Assembly (NCBI GenBank): GCA_964016885.1
Contig: OZ024765.1
Span: 3,720,001-3,784,000 of the forward strand
Source: Eledone cirrhosa
Taxonomy: Eukaryota
DNA: 64,000 nt
Reading direction: 5' to 3'
Both the position numbers and the translations under genes were made by a program. The first letter of the stretch is position 1. Every line of letters begins with the position of its first letter. Under the pieces are notes generated by a model. The model was not told the origin of the DNA. It made no database searches and saw only the letters and a program-made list of their open reading frames with translations. Positions 59,681 through 64,000 of the stretch are shown here, piece after piece.

Positions 59681-62600
59681 CATTAGTAGCGTGTTAAAAT
59701 ATACACACTGGAGAGAAGACTTTAAACTGTAGACATTAAGAAATCTTTATTGTGTAAATCTCAATATATTGTCTACCATCATGTACAGACTGGAGGGAAG
59801 ACTTTAAACTGTGAACCTTGAGAAATATTTCTTGTGTAAATCTAAATATATTGTCTACTAACATGTACACACTGGAGGGAAGACTTTACTCTGTGAGCCT
59901 TAAGAAATATTTCTTGTGTAAATCTAAATATATTGTCTACTAACATGTACACACTGGAGGAAGACTTTAAACTGTGAACCTTAAGAAATCTTTCTTATGT
60001 TAATCTAAATATATTGTCTACTAACATGTACACACTGGAGGGAAGACTTTAAACTGTGAACCTTAAGAAATCTTTCTTATGTTAATCTAAATATATTGTC
60101 TTACTAACATGTACACAATGGAGAATATTTATCATAGTGAAATATGTTAGAAATCATTCTCTGTTAATTTTCATCTTGTAGTCTACAAATGTGATCTCAT
60201 TTGAGAGAAACCTTTTCACTAAAATATTTGGGAAATCCTTATTTGTGGTATATAAACTTGTTGATAAATGTATATACACTGGACATTGATGCACAGGGGC
60301 CCTCTATCTTTATTAGTATCCTAAAGTGAAAACACTCGTGCAGTCCTGCATGTATATCCTACCTGGTGTTGCTGCTTTATGGATTTCAAAATACCGTATT
60401 TCCCAGTGCTGAAGGTGCTTCGATCCTCGATGATGAACCCTAATTTTGACAACCAAAAATTTGAAACAACCTTCGGCCTCCAGGACACACGGTAGATTTT
60501 TGAGACTTAATTTAGGAAAAAGTAGCATCTTCAACGCTGGGAAATATGGCAGTTTTCTACTGGCTTTCCTCGTTCCATTCGCTTCTCTGTTCATCAAAGG
60601 TGTAGTAGGATGGTATTTATCCATACAGTAGAGTATGTGCAAAGCTGCCAGTTCTATAAATTTTTTTTTAAATGCTAGCAAAGTTAATAATAATAATAAT
60701 AAAATTATTGTGTACAGTGCTCAGGTGCACTACAACTCATCAAAGGTGCATGTATAGAACATAGAGTAATGTACAAATGTCAGGAAAGTGAACAGTATAT
60801 GAGTCATGATATACATGTCTGCATATGTATGGAGGTGGGTTATTAGGTGTAGTGTTGGTGAATTTCGGGAAGCATGGAGGTTTTATAGGATGCAGTGTTA
60901 CAGCAACTAATAACTAATGTAGGTAGTTTGTTCCATGGAGGTTTTAAAGGATGCAGTGTCTCAGGAGCTAAGAACTAATGCAGGTAGTTTGTTCCATGGA
61001 GGTTTTAAAGGATGCAGGTAGTTTATTCCATGCTTCAGCAACTCTGAGGTTTTCCTCAATTTCACCAGTTCCATTCTCCTCTCTGTTTATCAAAGGTGTA
61101 GTAAGGATGGTATTGTATTTGTCTATACAGTAAAGTTTGTGCAAAGCCTTGAGTTCTATAAAGTTTTAAAAAATGCTAGCAAAGTTGTCTTTCATGTTGC
61201 TATGGCTTGGACTGTAAAATACTCTCTCTTGTGATGCTAAAGTCTGCCAGTTGTAGATTGCTCATCAACACGAGATATTTTTCTCCACAAAGTTTGATCA
61301 CCAACAGCAGAGTTTAAAGAGCAGAGATCAAGTCCGTTCCATAGGTTGACATTATCAAGCCATCATTTTGACTGCGGGCATCTGCTTCTCTTACCAGCCA
61401 ACATTTTTTCAAGGAATATATATCTTTCGATCACCAGCAGCAGACTTTAAAGAGCAAAGATCAATAGATTGACATTATCAAGCCATGGATTTGGCTGCCG
61501 GCCTCTGCTTCTCTAACCAGCCAACCTTCCTTCCAGGCATAACCTACTCACACCATGAGTTGATCTTTTTATATGACTATATAGTTTAAGTACTCTTGAC
61601 TTGACAATTGATGTAATTTGTCTAAGTCTGGTAACGTTGAGCAGCTCACTGAGCCACTTGAAAACACTTTATAACAAAATATTGCTTAATAAATTTATCT
61701 TTCTTTCTGTAAATAAACTTTTCAGTGTTCTTAATTTTTCTGGCATAAATAAAACCAGCGACATATTTAAATAAATGTCTTGTTTTAATAGACACCCTAC
61801 TTTATAGTTATCTTCATAATCTACATCTGTTTTATCAACACCATATGTAAACCTCCATTGCCCCCCAACTAAACGAAGAGCTATCCCAGAGATGTTTAGT
61901 CTTGGTTGTTAGACTGTCTAGAATAAGGGTCACTCTGATATCAAAACCTGGGTAGATGAGACTCCTTTGTCACTTAGGTGACAACCTTTCAAGTAACCAA
62001 CAACTTTAGCTTGGTGATAAAGGGGGACAACTGTGACTTGGTAGCCAGCTTCCGGTTAATATTCAGGTGAGGATTAGGGACTCATCAACGTTATTTTTTT
62101 TTAACCTGAGGAGAAACATGGACATTCAGCAACATATAGGTGAACATTGATGCAATTGTCCATAGACCCCCGACCCTCAGCAGTGAGTGTGGGGTCTCTC
62201 ATCATCATCATCATGTAATGATATCACACAGGAAGTATTTTAAATACATTCAACGTAAACATTTCTTTGTAATTTAAAATGTTGAAAATTTCTGTCACAC
62301 TTCGTTGATTTAAAAAAGTGAAATATTAGAATATTTGAGAATCTGAAAGTTATAAGAGTTACTTCTAGTTCTGATGGTGTCGTTGACTCCCTAACGTAAA
62401 ATAAGGCTAATACTTTCAATTAAAACTTAATCACAGAGAAAATCAAAGAAAGAAATTGATTAATTATCGATCTCATTACCTAATTGGTTACTGCCAATGT
62501 TCCAGATTCTGTTAAAAAGACATTCCAACCATGACTATCAGGTATATTTTGTATATCTAAACTAAAATAATTAACGCCCAATGTGTTCTTCATTTAATAA

Positions 62601-63023
62601 GATGTTAGGCTGAAATTTGAGGGATCATTTAACTGCTATTTCTAGCACGTTCAGACCCCTGTATAACCATCCTACATGATACATATTAGTAGTTATTTTG
62701 ATAGCTAATGTATATTAAGTTATTTACCATGGGTTGGATACAATTCAAGATGTTTCCGAATGTATTAAAATATCGCAGGATATTATTTTGATATGACACC
62801 GGTATTGTTCAGTAGAGGGAAATATTTTCAACGTAACCAGGAACATGTTATCTTTTAAAATTTGGTTTAATCCAGTTATGTAAACAGAGTCCCAGGCTAT
62901 CTAAGACAAAAATCTGAACTATAATATATTATAATTACTTCTAATATAATTATATCGTGTAAACAGAGTCCCAGAAACTGAATTATAATATATTATAATC
63001 AGAGATAATTCTCGAGAATTACT

Positions 63024-64000
63024 ATGGAGGACGTTAAACAGTTGGACATTTCTAACACAAATCTGTTTCACAATATAGATACAGTTACACAGACATACAG
63101 TGGTGAGAAACCTTTATCTAATGAAACGTTTACTGAACAAACATCGTTACACGAAAATATTCCTGAATACTGTTGTGAGATTTGTAAAAAAACTTTCTCT
63201 TCAGAAGATGAAGTCATCACACACAAAGAAACACACAAGAGTGAAAAGGCTTTTCTCTGTGAAATATGTGGCAAATATTTTGCCAGTAACAGTTATTTAA
63301 CGAAACACAAAGGAACACACACTGGAGAAGATCTATTTTATTGTGAGATATGTGGGAAATCTTTTATAAATAATTCAAAACTTGTTATCCACAGACGTAC
63401 ACACACTGGAGAGAAACCTTTTTACTGTGAAATATGTGGCAAATCTTTCATCTCCAGCAGTAATTTAACAACACACAAATTAGAACACACTGGAAAGAAA
63501 CCTTTCCATTGTAAAGTATGTGGGGAATCTTTTGTCACTAAAGGAGATTTAAGAAGGCACAAAAGAACACACTCTGGTAATTCTCGTCGTGTTAGCCATA
63601 AACGGAGTGATCCAGTAGAAAAGTTGTATGATTGTGAAATGTGTGGGAAATCATTTGGGTTGAAAGGTAGTTTTACAAGGCATCGAAGAATACACACTGG
63701 AATAAAACCCTTTAGCTGTGAAATATGTGCGATGTCTTTTATTGATAAATCTCATCTTGCTGCCCATAACATGAAACATACCGGAGAAAAACCTTTCAAA
63801 TGTGAAACGTGTGGTAAATCTTTTCAAACGAATGATCACTTAAAAAATCACATTCGAATACACACAGGAGAAAAAAATCGCCATTGTCAAATATGTGGGA
63901 GATCTTTTATTCAGCATACAAGTCTTGTTATTCACTTACGTAGTCACACTGGAGAAAAACCATATCATTGTGAAATGTGTGGGAAATCTTTCGTTTCAAA
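63024..64000 (+). CDS. C2H2 zinc-finger protein, subfamily B, partial (runs off window; at least 9 fingers)
   Basis: Absent from the ORF track. Manual translation from ATG 63024 (MEDVKQLDISNTNLFHN..) stays open to base 64000. Confidence 0.92.
   Translation, partial: MEDVKQLDISNTNLFHNIDTVTQTYSGEKPLSNETFTEQTSLHENIPEYCCEICKKTFSSEDEVITHKETHKSEKAFLCEICGKYFASNSYLTKHKGTHTGEDLFYCEICGKSFINNSKLVIHRRTHTGEKPFYCEICGKSFISSSNLTTHKLEHTGKKPFHCKVCGESFVTKGDLRRHKRTHSGNSRRVSHKRSDPVEKLYDCEMCGKSFGLKGSFTRHRRIHTGIKPFSCEICAMSFIDKSHLAAHNMKHTGEKPFKCETCGKSFQTNDHLKNHIRIHTGEKNRHCQICGRSFIQHTSLVIHLRSHTGEKPYHCEMCGKSFVS

Larger units (their letters stand above)
53675..63243 (+). repeat. Tandem segmental duplication, ~5 kb unit (53675-58400 vs 58970-63243)
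   Basis: ZNF 3' halves, UTR repeats, MITE, LINE and upstream regions are colinear and near-identical. Confidence 0.92.

Overview
Eukaryotic, AT-rich, repeat-saturated DNA. The clustered C2H2 zinc-finger genes and tRNA-derived SINEs suggest a coleoid cephalopod such as octopus (inference). The window holds seven tandem C2H2 ZNF genes, each with its CDS in one exon, in two subfamilies: METNLCK.. (x2) and MEDVKQL.. (x5, the last running off the end), plus a truncated stub. Bases 2.8-15.6 kb are an 88-bp satellite derived from a mariner MITE, organised as three large palindromes, with a clear 5-mer/15-mer higher-order repeat. Intergenic and intronic DNA carries SINEs, RTE, CR1-like and CRE-like (RLE) LINE fragments, mariner, pogo and piggyBac-like MITEs, and several Penelope-type pseudo-LTRs. 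These pseudo-LTRs contain type I hammerhead ribozyme folds, one of them sense-oriented about 300 nt behind a ZNF stop codon. Nearly every TE class here, and the zinc fingers themselves, has locally spawned a 40-90 bp tandem array. All coordinates were read by eye and are approximate to a few bases unless stated; no database searches were run.
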